Source of the DNA: Mobula hypostoma
Taxonomy: Eukaryota
Length of the DNA stretch: 64,000 bases
Direction of reading: 5' to 3'
Assembly (NCBI RefSeq): GCF_963921235.1
Contig: NC_086097.1
Span: 94,800,001 to 94,864,000, forward strand
Shown: positions 13,356 to 25,791 of the stretch, piece by piece
How the letters are laid out: every line of letters starts with the position of its first letter
Numbering within the stretch: the stretch's first letter is position 1
Notes under the pieces: generated by a model
Seen by the model: the letters and a program-made list of their open reading frames with translations, nothing else
What the model was told of the DNA's origin: nothing
Database searches by the model: none
Translations under genes and position numbers: made by a program

Positions 13356-13439
13356 TGATGCAACCCGTCAGACTACAATGCATTCGTGCTGATGGGACCT
13401 TTACTCATTGCTGGGGATCCTATCACTTTGCTGGCGTTG

Positions 13440-13695
13440 GCACAAATAAACAAACAAACAGACAAATAAATAAATAGACAGACAGATTAAATAGACAGAT
13501 CAAATAGACAGATAAATAGACAGATAGACTGATAGACAGATAAATAGACAGATGGATAGACAGATAGATAGATAGATAAATAGACAGATGAATAGACAGA
13601 TTGATAGACAGATAGACAGATTACATAGATAGATTGATAGATAAATAAACAGACATAAATAGACAGATGGATAGACAGATTAGATAGATCGATGG
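13440..13695. repeat. Compound (GATA/GACA/AAAT)n tetranucleotide repeat
   Basis: Degenerate tetranucleotide array visible directly. Confidence 0.93.
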
Positions 13696-13699
13696 AAAA

Positions 13700-14500
13700 T
13701 AATAAAAGCATGAGTTGTAGAGTCCTTGAAAGAGAACCTATAGGTTCTGGAATCATTTCAGCGTCTAGGTGTGTGAAATTATCCACATGGTTTTGAGGTC
13801 TGATGGTTGTAGTGTAATAACTGTTCCCAAACCTGGTCATGTGGTGCCTGAATTCCTCTACCTTCTGCGTGATGGTGGTAGTGGGAATAGACCATGGCCT
13901 GGGTGATGAGGGTCTTTGATGATGAATACTGCTTTCTTGTGGCAGTGCTCCTTGTAGATGTGCTCAATGATGGGAGGGGGGGGTATTTTCTTGTGATGGA
14001 CCGGGCTATATCCACTACTTTTGTAGGCTTTTCCATGCTTGGGAACTGGTGTTTCCATGCCAGGCCATGATACAACCAGTCAGGATACTCCCCATTGTGT
14101 ATCTATAGAAGTTTGTCAAAGTTTTAGATGACATGTTCAATCTGTACAAACTTCGAAGAAATTAAAACCATAAGAATTAGAGGCACTGCCGTGGCTTCCT
14201 TGTAATGGCACTTACATGCACGCCCCAAGTCAGATCCTCTGAAATGATAATGCCAAGCAATTAAGTACTGGAGCCTGAAGATGCACACTCAAATGTTTTA
14301 AGAAAAGTTTCGTCTTCACTGCCAATCAGATTTCTGTACAGTCCATGAACGTTATTTTTGTCTGTTTTTGTTCTACTTTGTTTAATGTATTTCTTATTGT
14401 AACTTATAGTATTTGTTTATGTATCACGCTGCACTGCTGCCACAGCAGAACAAATTTCACGACGTATGTCAGTGAAAATAAACCGGATTCTGATTCTGAT
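13700..14500. mobile_element. Rex1/Babar-like LINE fragments (minus 13700-14260; plus 3' end 14270-14500)
   Basis: Minus-strand IEHIYKEHCHKKAVFIIKDPHHPGHGLFPLPPSRRR; the plus-strand piece ends in (gattct)n at about 14486-14501. Confidence 0.8.
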
Positions 14501-16919
14501 TCATAATCTTACTAACCTCTATCAGATTTCCCTTCACCTCTGTTGCTCCAGAGAAAACAATCCTAATGTGTCTAACCATTCTTTATAGCCTTCTGATTGA
14601 GGCAACTTCCGAGGAAACCTTTTCTGTGCCTCTCCTGAGCCTCCACACCCTTCCACATTGGTGTGTCTGGCAAAATCACCTCCTTGTGTTCACGTGTAGC
14701 CTCATCACAAGCACCTTCTCACTTGTCCTCTATCTCAGTAATGACATCTACTGGGGTATAAACCCTCTCTTCCTTCTGTCTATGATTTGTTGCAGCCTCT
14801 GAAATTTACCATAAACCCTGTCTGGGGCTGGTCTGCCACTGCATTGTCCACCAGCCAAATTTTATAATATTGGCTTGTACTTTGCAATCAATTTTGCATG
14901 GACTGTTTTTCCCTCACTTCATCTCACCATGATTGATTGGGAATTTCCCAGTGTCAGTCTGTCAAGGTAGAACCAACCATCTCCACAATTGTTGCAGAGA
15001 ACATATACTCCACAATGATCCCTTGTCATGTCAACTCCATCACCAGTGTTGCAATGTGTTTCACCAAATAAAATCCATTTGCAGAGTGTGCAGATAAACA
15101 CACAAGGAGTCACAAAGTGAGACCTCTTTATGGAAGACCCTCATACACAGCCTCCCTTAAACTTTCTATAAAATTGATACAGTGATAAGGTCACTTGGTC
15201 ACATAAAATAATCCTTTAAAAAGTACCAGGCTGAAAGCGATTATTTCGGCTCACGGATAATGTTACTTCAACGTAGTCACTCACTGACTCACAAACACCT
15301 CTTGGTAGGGCATGGAAAAAGGCCAATTGTAATGTCCTTGCCTCAACAATGATGTCACAACCCTGAGGACTGGCAACACAACAATATTTTGCAAACATAT
15401 GACTCACATCCTGAGCTTGGAAAGGACACAACTGTGTGGCTCTTCGCATTAGCCACAGACTGTTTCTAGGCACAGAGCAAGAGAGGAAAGCCACACTCAC
15501 TTTCTGTTCAACTGCCTCTTCACTTCTGCTTTGGGATTTCCCAAGTCTGCAGAACTGTAGACCTGGCAACCCTTTCAGACACAGGCACAGCTATCTGACT
15601 GCAGATAGTCTCAGCCCTTCTCAGTATATCATGGCGTCATAGGAATGCTAGTGCAGACTTTGGGACGTGGGCCTGCTGATGTGTGAGGGTGAGTCAGTCA
15701 GGGTGAAGGACGGACTTCACTCCATCATTCCTGAGAGCACTGGCTGCTCCAGTGGGCACCACCATCCAATCTGCCATAACTGTGGCATGTACAATATTGA
15801 CTCTGAACTATCCTTGTTGTCCTAAGGCTCTATCCCTTTAAGGATTGGCTCAGGGGACCAATTGTATTGTTGCAAAGTTTTATAGCGGGTAATGTTCCAG
15901 ATGCACTGTGTATGTCGGGGGTGGCGGGGGGGGGGAACAGAGTAACAAATGTTGTCTGCTTTAGTTTTGAAAAGTAATTTATCATTAATTTCAATTGCTA
16001 TTTTCCAGAATTTTAAAGTGAGCAATACCGAGACATACTGCCAGAAGTGCTGGTTGATAAGGTGATGAAGTTAGACTGGCCAGGCCCAAATGAGGAAAAA
16101 TGTTCTCACCCCAAAGAGGTAAAGGTGAATGTGTACTTAGAGGTAATGAGGTGCATGATTCTATTGAGGGAATGCACGATAGAGCATTTGCTAGTGCCCA
16201 GATCACTGGCATTCTTCTCACTACTAACATTTTTTAGATTCTTCCTTACTTCTAATATTTGTATATCTGTGCACTTGTAGTGCTACTGTGACACTGCAAT
16301 TTCCTCTATCAGGCAGGAGGAACAAAAGTCTCAGGTCCCTCACCACCAGGTTCAGGAACAGTTATTACCCCTCAACTATCAAACTCCTGAACCAGCATGA
16401 ATAACTTTACTCACCCAAACTCTGAACTGATTCCACAGCCTCATATACAAAAGTCTTAGGCACACGTACATAGCTGGGGGGCCTAAGATTATTGCACAGT
16501 ATTACAGTATTTTATGTTTTGCATTGTACCATGGCTGCAAAAATAAATCCTGACATCTATGAGTGACAATATACCTCATTCTGATCTGGGTCCCTATTGT
16601 AGACTGAGAGTGGGGAGGGGACAGGAAGAGGGGTACCATGATTGGGAAAAGGAGAAGGGAGAGGGGAAGGAGTGGGAAGCACTAGAGAGACAGTCTGTAA
16701 TGATCAATAAACCAAATGTTTGGAATCAAATAGCCTTACCTGGTGTCTCAGGGCTGGGTGTGTCTCAGCCCCCCACCCCTGCCACTCCTCTGCCACCTGT
16801 CCCACACCCCACCCTCGCCATTCCAAACATCCTTTGCTCCTGCCAGATTTTAAAACTTGCTCTCCACCCAACATTGACAAATACAGTTCTGTGCAAAAGT
16901 CTTAGGCACCCTAACTATA

Positions 16920-18485
16920 CAGTGCCTATAAAAAATATTCATCGCCCCCCCCTCAGAAGTTTTCATGTTTTATTGTTTTACAACATTGAATCACTGTTGA
17001 TTTAATTTGGCTTCTTTTGACACTGATCAACAGAAAAAAACTTTTCGTGTCAAAGTGAAAATAGATCTCTACAAAGTGATATAAATTAATTGCAAATATA
17101 AAACACAAATAATTGATTGTATTAACCCCTTTTAATATGACACACCAAGTCATCACTGGTGCAGCCAATTGGTTTTAGAAGTCACATAATTAGTTAAATG
17201 GGGATCACTGTGTGTAGTCAAGGTGTTTCAATTGATTGTAGTAAAAATACACCTGTATCTGGAAGGTCCAATTGCTGATGGGTCAGTATCCTGGCAAAAA
17301 CTACACCATGAAGAAAAAGAACACTCCAAGCAACCCCGCAAAATGCTTATTGAAAAGCACAAGTCCGGAGATGGATGCAAGAAAATTTCCAAGTCACTGA
17401 ACATCCCTTGGAGTACAGTTCAGTCAACATCAAGAAATGGAAAGAATATGGCACAGCTGTAAATCTGCCTGGAGCAGGTCACCCTCGAAAGCTGAGTGAC
17501 TGTGCAAGAAGGGGATTGGTGAGGGAGGCCACCCAGGGACCGATGACAACTCTGGAGGAGTTGCAAGCTTCAGTGACTGAGATGGGAGAGACTGCACATA
17601 GAACAACTGTTGCCCTGGTGCTTCATTAGTCACAGTTTTATGGAAGAGTGGCAAAGAGAAAGCCACTGTTGAAAAAGATTCACATGAAATCTGAGTTAGT
17701 GTTTGCCAGAAGGCATGTGGGAGACTCTGAAGTCAGCTGGAAGAAGGTTCTATGGTCTGATGAAACCAAAATTGAGCTTTTTGGCCATCAAACTAAATGC
17801 TATGTTTGGCGTAAGCTAAACACTGCACATAATTAAAAACACACCATCTCTACCGTGAAGTATGGTGGTGGCTGTATCATACTGTGGGAATGCTTCACTG
17901 CAGCAGGCCCTGGAAGGCTTGTGAAGGTAGAGGGTAAAATGGATGCAGCAAAATACAGTGAAATCCTGTTGGAAAACTTGGTGCAGTCTTCAAGACAACT
18001 GTGACTTGGGAGAAGATTTGTTTTCTACTAAGACAATGACCCCAATTATAAAGCCAAAGCTACACAGGATGGCTTAAAAACAACAAAGTTAATGTCCTGG
18101 AGTGGCCAAGTCAGAGTCTAGACCTCAATCCAATTGAGAATTTGTGGCTGGACTTGAAAAGGGCTGTTCACTCATGATCCCCATGCAATCTGACAGATCT
18201 TGAGCAGTTTTGTAAAGAAGAATGGGGGAAAAATTGCAGTGTCCTGATGTGCAAAGCTGTTAGAGACCTATCCACACAGACTCAAGGCTTTAATTGCTGC
18301 CAAAGGTACTAAATACTAACTTGAAGAGGGTGAATACTTATGCAATCAATTATTTTGTATTTTATATCTATAATTAATTTAGATTACTTTGTAGAGATCT
18401 GTTTTCACTTTGACACAAAGTCTTTTTCTGTTGATTAGTGTCAAAAGAAGCCAAATTCAATGTTGTAAAACAATAAAACATTAAA
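16920..18485 (+). mobile_element. Tc1-family DNA transposon (IR/DR type), degenerate
   Basis: TA then CAGTG start. Long inverted repeats of about 200 bp (16920-17130 vs 18320-18485); the outer end of the right repeat is lost beside another insertion. Internal transposase relic. Confidence 0.93.
17308..18319 (+). pseudogene. Tc1 DD34E transposase, frameshifted with stops
   Basis: Paired-like HTH region (GCKKISKSLNIPWSTV), VLWSDETKIELFG, *DNDPNY (QDNDPKH-like) and [11 protein letters not shown]. Confidence 0.9.
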
Positions 18486-18494
18486 CATACTTTA

Positions 18495-19115
18495 ATTAGA
18501 TTATGAAGACACACAGTCCTCTTTTATTGTCATTTAGTAATGCGTGCATTAAGAAATGATACAATATTTCCTCCGGTGTGATATCACAAAACATAGGACA
18601 GACCAAGACTGAAAAAACTGACAAAACCACATAATTATAACATCTAGTTACAACAGTGCAACAATACCATAACTTGATGAAGAAGTCCATGAGCACAGTA
18701 AAAGTTCAAAGTCTCTCAAATGTCCCACATCGCACGCAGACGGGAGAAGGAAGAAAAACTCTTCCTGTCATGCCCGACCACAATCCGTCTCTGAGTCATC
18801 CAAAAACTTCAAGCCTCCAAATCAGCTCTCCAACACTGAGTACTGAGCGCCATCTCTGTCCGAACGATTCGACCTCAATCTCGGTCGCTAACAGCAGGCA
18901 AAGCCAGGGATTTTGAGGCCTTCCCTCCGGAAGATTCCCGACTGCACAGTTACGACAGCAACGAACGAGCGTTTCAGAAATTTCTCCATATGTTCCTCTG
19001 TGCTTTCACGTCCATCTCCATCAAATCAGAATTGTCCACGGCCCCTATTTAACAGATACAATATCATTTTTCACCGGAGGGCTGAGCACGCGCGGCACGC
19101 TGCTCTCTCTCCTCC
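18495..19115 (-). mobile_element. Non-coding interspersed retro-element, same family as 34735-35412
   Basis: Reverse complement aligns with 34735-35412 (ccgtg(g/c)acaattctgatttgatggag; ctaaatgacaataaa..gaggactg.gtgtc.tcataatcta). Confidence 0.8.
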
Positions 19116-19302
19116 CACTATTTGTCTTCTTTTGCACATTGGTTCTTTATTTATGTATAGATTTTCATAAATTCTAATGTATTTATTTTATTTTCCTGTA
19201 AATGCCTGCAAGAAAATGATTCCTAAATTAGCAGAAGGTAGCATATGCTGACATATACGTACTTTGATAATAAATTTACTTTGACTTTGATTTTGGATTT
19301 CA

Positions 19303-19830
19303 GGTCAAGTGCCTGTGTGAAGATTGGAGAGACAATTTTACTCTGTGTTTTGATCTAGCTGTGGAGGATAAATTAGAGGAAATGAAGGCCAAGATGTGAT
19401 TGTTGTCAAAGGTAGGGGAGGAGAGGTCTGCACTCGCGTTCCAGGACATGTTCGATACACTGCAGGCACACTTCAAGCCCGGAAGTGAATGAGCTGAGTG
19501 CTTTTGGATCTCTACATGCAACCAGGGTTAGGGGAATCCACTGACACTTGCTCAATGGAGCTGAGAATGCTGAGTTTAGGGGCTCTCTCAAGTACAGGGC
19601 AGCTGATTAGTGAATTTTCAATCCATTCCATTACACAAGATGGAGATAATGAAGTTGCTGTTTAGAAATAGCAATGAACAGCCAAAACAGAAGAGCCCAG
19701 ACCTGAGAAAGAGTGGGTGGGATGTGGATTGGAAAATCATGTCTATATTCAGTCAATGACAAACAGCAGGTTGAGATGAGCCATGCGTGGTCAAGACTGG
19801 GTCAGACTCACAACGTCTGTCGAGCTCACT
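19303..19830 (+). mobile_element. Ty3/Gypsy LTR-retrotransposon gag relic
   Basis: Degenerate translation EDWRDNFTLCFDL...LLSKVG...DTLQAHFKP, AECF..NQG*, AEFRGSLKYRAAD, then two decayed CCHC-like knuckles (GCGLENH; SHAWSRLGQTHNVCR) in gag order. Confidence 0.6.
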
Positions 19831-20049
19831 GCACCTTGTACCAGGTGAGGTTGATTCAGTGTATGTTGGTGCCAGGGTGTCCTGTGACATTTCACTTGAC
19901 TTGATGTGGCAGCCGTCCCGAGGTGGTGCAGTTGAAACCAACGAGCCATGTGCTGATCATATACAACCAGCCGGCACTGGAAGCAGGCTGTGACATGCCC
20001 GGAGAAGGTAATGAACGCAAAGGAACATGGGAGGAACGATGGAATTTTC

Positions 20050-20350
20050 AAAAAATAAAGAATCACTTTATTTGACACATGTAATCAAAACATTGAAATG
20101 TGTTGTTTGCATCAACAGCCAACACAGTCCAAGGGTGTGCTGGGGGCTGCCCGCAAGTGTTGCTCTGCTTTCAACACCAACACTGCAAGCCACAGCTTAC
20201 TAAACCATACGTCACTGGAGCGTATGTGGGAGGAAACTGGAGCACCTACAGGAAACGCCCGCGGTCACGGGGAGAACATCCTCACAGGGAATTGAACCCC
20301 AATTGCTGAAGCTGTAAAGCGCCATGCCAACCACTAAGCTGCCTTGCCAC
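20050..20350 (-). mobile_element. tRNA-derived SINE
   Basis: Reverse complement has a tRNA-like head (ggggttcaattcc) and core gttctccccgtgaccgcg, as at 31710-31970. Confidence 0.7.
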
Positions 20351-20594
20351 TCCTTGTAGAGACAGGAAAGATAATCACTCCCATAATCGGAACTGGTAAA
20401 GATGCAGTGAGATGTCCTGAAGCTTGTTCCAGTGCGACACCAGCCACGGATCAGTCTGTCTACCTCTGCACCACAACGGGTGCCGAGGATACAAAGCCAG
20501 AGACAGTCAGCGTGGTGAGCCACAGGTCAATCTCTCACCACTGGCTGGAGATGGAGAAGGCCACCAGACAAGTCAATGGATGAGAAGGCTAGAA

Positions 20595-21040
20595 TATTAG
20601 ACCACACTTGCAGTATTGTGAGCAGTTTAGGACCCCTTATCCAAGAAAGAAAAATGTGCTGGCAATGGAGAGATTCCAGAGGAACTTCACGAGAATGATC
20701 CTGGTAATGAAAGGGTTAACATATGAGGAGCTCTTGATGTCTCGGAGCCTGTACTCTCTGCCGTTTAGAAGAATGGGGGGGAATCTCATTGAAACCCACT
20801 GAATATTGAAAGCCCTAGACAGAGTGGACATGGAGAGGGTGTTTCCTGTAGTGGGGTAGTTTAGGACCAGGGGACACAGCCTCAGAATAGAAGACATTCC
20901 TTTAGAACAGAGACGTTGAGGAGTTTCTTGAGCCAAAGGGTGGTGAATCAGTGGAATTCATTGCCACAGATGGCTGTGTAGGCTAAGTCAATGGGTACAT
21001 TTAAAGTGGAGGTTGATAGGTTCTTGATTAGTGTGTGTGT
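20595..21040 (+). mobile_element. CR1-clade LINE fragment
   Basis: QYCEQFRTPY...MERFQRNFTRMI...FRRMGGNLIET. Confidence 0.85.
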
Positions 21041-21333
21041 TAAATGTCACAAGCTTTGATCCTACTCACCAGCCACAAGGCTGACATCAGGAGTGTGATG
21101 GAACACTTTCACTTGCCTGGATGAGTGCAACTTCAACAACACAGAGGCTCAGCAGCAAACAGGATGTAGGAGCCCACTTGTCAAGCTCCCCATCCACAAC
21201 CACTCACTCCCTCTGTCACTAACACACAGTGGCAACAATCTGTACCATCTACACGACCCACTGCAGCCACTCACCAACCCTCCCTAGACAACACCCTCCA
21301 AACCCACAACCCCTACCAGCCAGAAGGACAAGG

Positions 21334-21901
21334 AAGGCGTCCGTTGATCAGGGTCAATCACGGATGTCTACATGATACAGGGCAGTACGATATGGAGAGA
21401 AAACTCTTGCCCAGATAGCAAGCTCCCCTCGCCAAACAACTGATGAACCCAAAGAACGGCAGAGACCGATAAAGTCTAGCACCAGTGGAGTTGCAGGAGT
21501 TACCAGTCAGCATTGAACTCAACATGGGACTGCCTTAGGGGCTCCAGCTCTGGATTTTTCCCTTGGGGTTTACTCCCAAAGACTTCTACATGAGTGGGTA
21601 ATAGCTGAAAGGCAGCAGAAGTTTGAGATCAAGAGTTTTCCTTCTCCCAGATGAGCTGCCAACCACGACTGATGAACCCCATCTGCCCGAAGGGACTGGT
21701 TTTAAGTGCCAGTAACCCACCTTTGCCCCTTTCTCCTGTCAGTAGAAGCAGTTCCACCGGGCTCAGTGCTAGGCCACACGTGAAGGTCAGGAGCTGGACT
21801 TGATTGTCACAGGCTATTTGAGGCACATGCCTTTGGGAGTATTTAACAGGTAGTGGGAGCTTGTTCCCATTACCACCCCCAGCTATAACGACCTGAAGGG
21901 A
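21334..21901 (-). mobile_element. RTE-derived non-autonomous element, TSD-flanked, inside an older LINE 3' fragment (about 21060-22130)
   Basis: 14-bp direct repeat ccagaaggacaagg at 21320-21333 and 21902-21915. RTE assignment is from resemblance of head and tail only. Confidence 0.7.
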
Positions 21902-23109
21902 CCAGAAGGACAAGGGCAGCAAAAGCAAAGGAATATCTTCAAATGGAAGTTGCCCTCCGAGCCACACTCCATGCTGACTTGGAAGTATATCACTGCTACT
22001 TCACCTTCGCTGGGTCAGAATCGTGGAGCTCTGTCCCCAGTGCATGCACCTGCCACTCAAGCAGTGAAGTTGTTCAAGAAGGCAGCTCATCGGCCACCCT
22101 CTCGAGAGCAACTCGGGATTGGCAATAAATATTCTAGTTATACGTACCTGGTCTGAATTACAGACTCCTGGAAGGACTCAGCAAGTCAGGCAGCATCTGA
22201 GGAAACCAGCAGATAGTGCTTGAGCCTTTGAGCTCCTCTGGCAGATTTCTGATCTGGATTTCCTCATCTGCAGCCTCTTGTGCCTCCTAAATTGCAAATT
22301 GGTCTCCAGTGTCCCAGAGAGAGAGAGATGGAGGCTTAATGGTCTGGGGAAGTAGGGAGAGGAATGCATTTTCCCTGAGAGCCAGCACAAACTTGATGAA
22401 CTCGACCGTCAGACTTCAGGAACATGTGCCATATGGAAATATAAGCAACTGAATACAACAGTTTACACTTGGTGACATCAGAGAGATCGACTCCCGGCCA
22501 GCTGCAGCAGACAGCCCTGGGAGGCTCTGTCTCATTAAATGCCTTTGCACCTTCCCATGCCAGCTGGAAAACCAACAGCCTTTGCCCCTCAGTTACAGTA
22601 CGAGCCCAGACTATCATTTATCACACCCAGAGAAGCATTCAAACCAAATTTATACAAGTCACATTTCAACTATTGTGATGTTTCATTGTTGAGAGCAGTG
22701 TTTTTAATTCCTGGCGGGTTTGTAAGTCTGAGCCAGGATTGTTACCCTTTCTGTGCTGAGTTCACTGTGACCTCAGCTTGGACTATATTTAGTCTCAGCG
22801 CGCCTGGGTTAACAGAGTGGGGGAGGGGTGGAGCTGCTGTTCCTTCTCACTCCAAAAGCTCCAGAGTCTGATTAGCTTCTGCTGCAAAACGTGGGTCATT
22901 GGTCGAGAGCAGAATTAGAAGCTGCTCCTATCCAAATCTCAGGCTTGGTTCCCTAGTCTCAAGGAGTCAAAGACCATGTAATAGGGTGACACAGTGAAAC
23001 AGCTGGGTAGATCTACTGCCTCACAGCTCTATTGACCAGGGTTCGATCCTGACCTCTGGTGTTATTACATGTTTTGTGTTTGCTCAGGGTTCTCCATTTC
23101 TGAGCTCGT

Positions 23110-23705
23110 TCGGAAGGCATTTGGCGTGGGTGCCTTTATTGGACGAGGCAGTGAATATAGGAGTTGGGACGTCATGTTATGGTTACATAAATTGCTGATA
23201 AGGCTGCACAGAGTATTCTGTACAGATTGGTCGCCGTGCCATTGGAAGAGTGTGATTAAGCTGCAGTAAACTTCACACTGACGTTACCTGGATGGTGGGG
23301 GTGGCTTTAATTATAAGGAGAGACTAGATGGGTTGGGGCTGTTTTCCCTGCAGCATAGAAAGCTGAGGTAGTAGACTTATACAGTCATGATGGGCTTAAA
23401 AAAGGTAGACAGTCACGGTCTTTTTCCCATGGTAGGGGAGACTAAAACTAGAGGTTATAAGATCAAGAGTGAGCGAGGAAAGATTTAATGGAGCGTGTTT
23501 TCTACACAAAGGGGGATGGGAATAAGCTACTGGAGGAAGTGGTAGAGGCATACAATTAAAACATTGAAAAGACATTTGGACAGATGCATGGATTGGAAAT
23601 GTTTAGAGGGATATGGGCCAAATGGGACTCGTGTAGATTGGCATCTGGGTAGACACGAACAACTTGGGCCAAGAGGCATGTCTCCACACTGTATGACTCT
23701 ATGAA
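23110..23705 (+). mobile_element. Degraded CR1 LINE 3' fragment
   Basis: AFIGRGSEYRSWDVMLWLHKLLIRLH and a typical CR1 3' UTR ending ctgtatgactctatga. Confidence 0.75.
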
Positions 23706-23909
23706 TCTGAAAGGTGGTGTGTGTTGTTGGAGGAGCAGTTGGGTTAACCCTCATGGAGTCACCCCTGAGGAAGGAACCACGCTGACTAAGACCCAACAAG
23801 AGAGAGGTAGCCATAGGGCAGGAAAATGGAGGTGAGTGAACTTTAACACATTTATATTCACATGTGCATGAGGGAATATTCCCTGAACCTTCCTTTCTGG
23901 TTTCTTGTT

Positions 23910-24235
23910 ATAGAACATAAAAACATAGAAAACCTACAGCACAATACAGGCCCTTCGGCCCATAAAGCTATACCGAACATGTCCTTACCTTAGAACTACC
24001 TAGGGTTACCCACAGCCCTCTATTTTTCTAAGCTCCATGTACCTATCCGGAGTCTCTTAAAGGACCCTATTGTATCCGCCTCCACCACTGTCGCCAGCAG
24101 CCCATTCCACGCACTCACCACTCTCTGCGTAAAAGGCTTACCCCTGACATCTCCTCTGTACCTACTTCCAAGCACTTTAAAACTGTGCCCTCTCATGCTA
24201 GCTATTTCAGTCCTGGGAAAAAGCCTCTGACTATC
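23910..24235 (-). mobile_element. CR1 LINE 3' end
   Basis: Near-identical to 53567-53780 and 56178-56500 (aacatagaaaacctacagcacaatacaggccc). Confidence 0.88.
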
Positions 24236-25791
24236 TCCAAAAATATTATGGTACAGCTTTCCTCAAGAAACCCTTCCTGCGGGGCTGAATTGAATAGAAC
24301 TGCAGAGCACACGCAGTTCCCTTGTCTGTTCAATCCAGTGACGGTCACAAAATTCCTACTGCATCTTCATTATAGGAACTTTTCATAAATTCATTTTTAG
24401 GATCTGGGTATCATTTTTAAGGCCAGCATTTACTGTCTGTCCCTAACTGCCCGAGTGGTTAGCTCAATCATTTCAAAGTTACCCATCCTGCCACAGTGGC
24501 TTGAACGCTGAAACCTAGACTCCAGGCAGATCTAAACCTGGGCAAGTAGATTCATGTAAAATAAACATCTTGGTCAGCATGGGCCAGTTGGACTGAAGGG
24601 CTCTTTTCTATGTTATACAACTCTATGACTCTCTGGTGCAGTAGTGAGGGAGCACAGCACTGTCACTGGTGCTGCCCTTTGCATGGGACTTTGAACAGGG
24701 ACCCCCATCTTGTGGCGGCAGCTGGTGGTGTGGGACCTGAGGCTCCTGAACATGCTTTTTGATGGCAGAAATGAGAAGAACCAGGGTGGTGAGGATCTAC
24801 TTCCCTGCAACAGTGCCCCCTGTAAATCTGATCAATGGTGGAGGGGGGGCTTTACCCGTGATGGACTGGGCCGTATCCACTACTTTTTGTTGGATTTTCC
24901 ATTCAAGGGCATTGGTGTTTCCATACCAGGCCATGAAGCAACCAGTCAGTGCTAAAGAAGTTTGTCAAAGTTTTGAATGACATGCCAATTCTGTGCAAAC
25001 TTCTAAGAAAGTAGAGGCACTGCTAAGCCGTTTTGTAATGGACCCAAAACAGATCCTCTGAAATAATAGTGCCAAGGATTTTAAAGTTGCTAACCCTCTC
25101 TTCCTCTGATCCCCTGATGAGGACTGGCTCATGCTCATGTTTTCCTCCTCCTGCAGTCAATAATCAGCTCTGTGGTCTTGCTGACATTGAGTTAGTGGTT
25201 ATTGTTATGACACCACTCAGCCAGATTTTCAACCTCCCTCCTGTATGCTGATTCATTACCACCTTTGAATTGGCCAATGACAGTGGTGTCGTCAGCAAAC
25301 TTGACTATGGCATTGGAGTTGTGCTCAGCCTCACAGTCGTAAGTGTAAAGTGAGTAGAGCAGGGGACTCAGCACACAGCCTTGTGGTGCTCCAGTGCTGA
25401 CGAGATTGCGGAGGAAATATTGTCCCCAATCTGAATAGAAGCAACTATTGAGATGAAGGTCTTGAAGCTTATTGATTAGCTTTGAGAGGATAACAGTATT
25501 GAATGCAGAGCTGAGCGGAGAGCCAATGAAATGGCATCTGCTGTGGACCTGTTGTGATGATCGGCAAATTGGAGCAGATCCAAGTCGCTCCTCAAGTTGG
25601 AGTTGATATTTTTTATCTTAAAACACTTCATCAGTGGATGTAAGTGCTACTGGACTATAGTCATTGAGGCAGATTTCCATGCTCTTCTTGGGCATGGATT
25701 TAGTGAAGCCTGCTTGAAGCAGGTGGGTACCTCAGACTGCCAAGGCAAGAGGTTAAAGATCTCAGTGAAAACACTACTCATTTGACTAGCA

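Noticed and set aside
22336..22617. 93-aa minus-strand ORF in unique DNA
   Set aside because: Plausible acceptor near 22565 but a weak donor and no recognisable homology; not enough to call a CDS.
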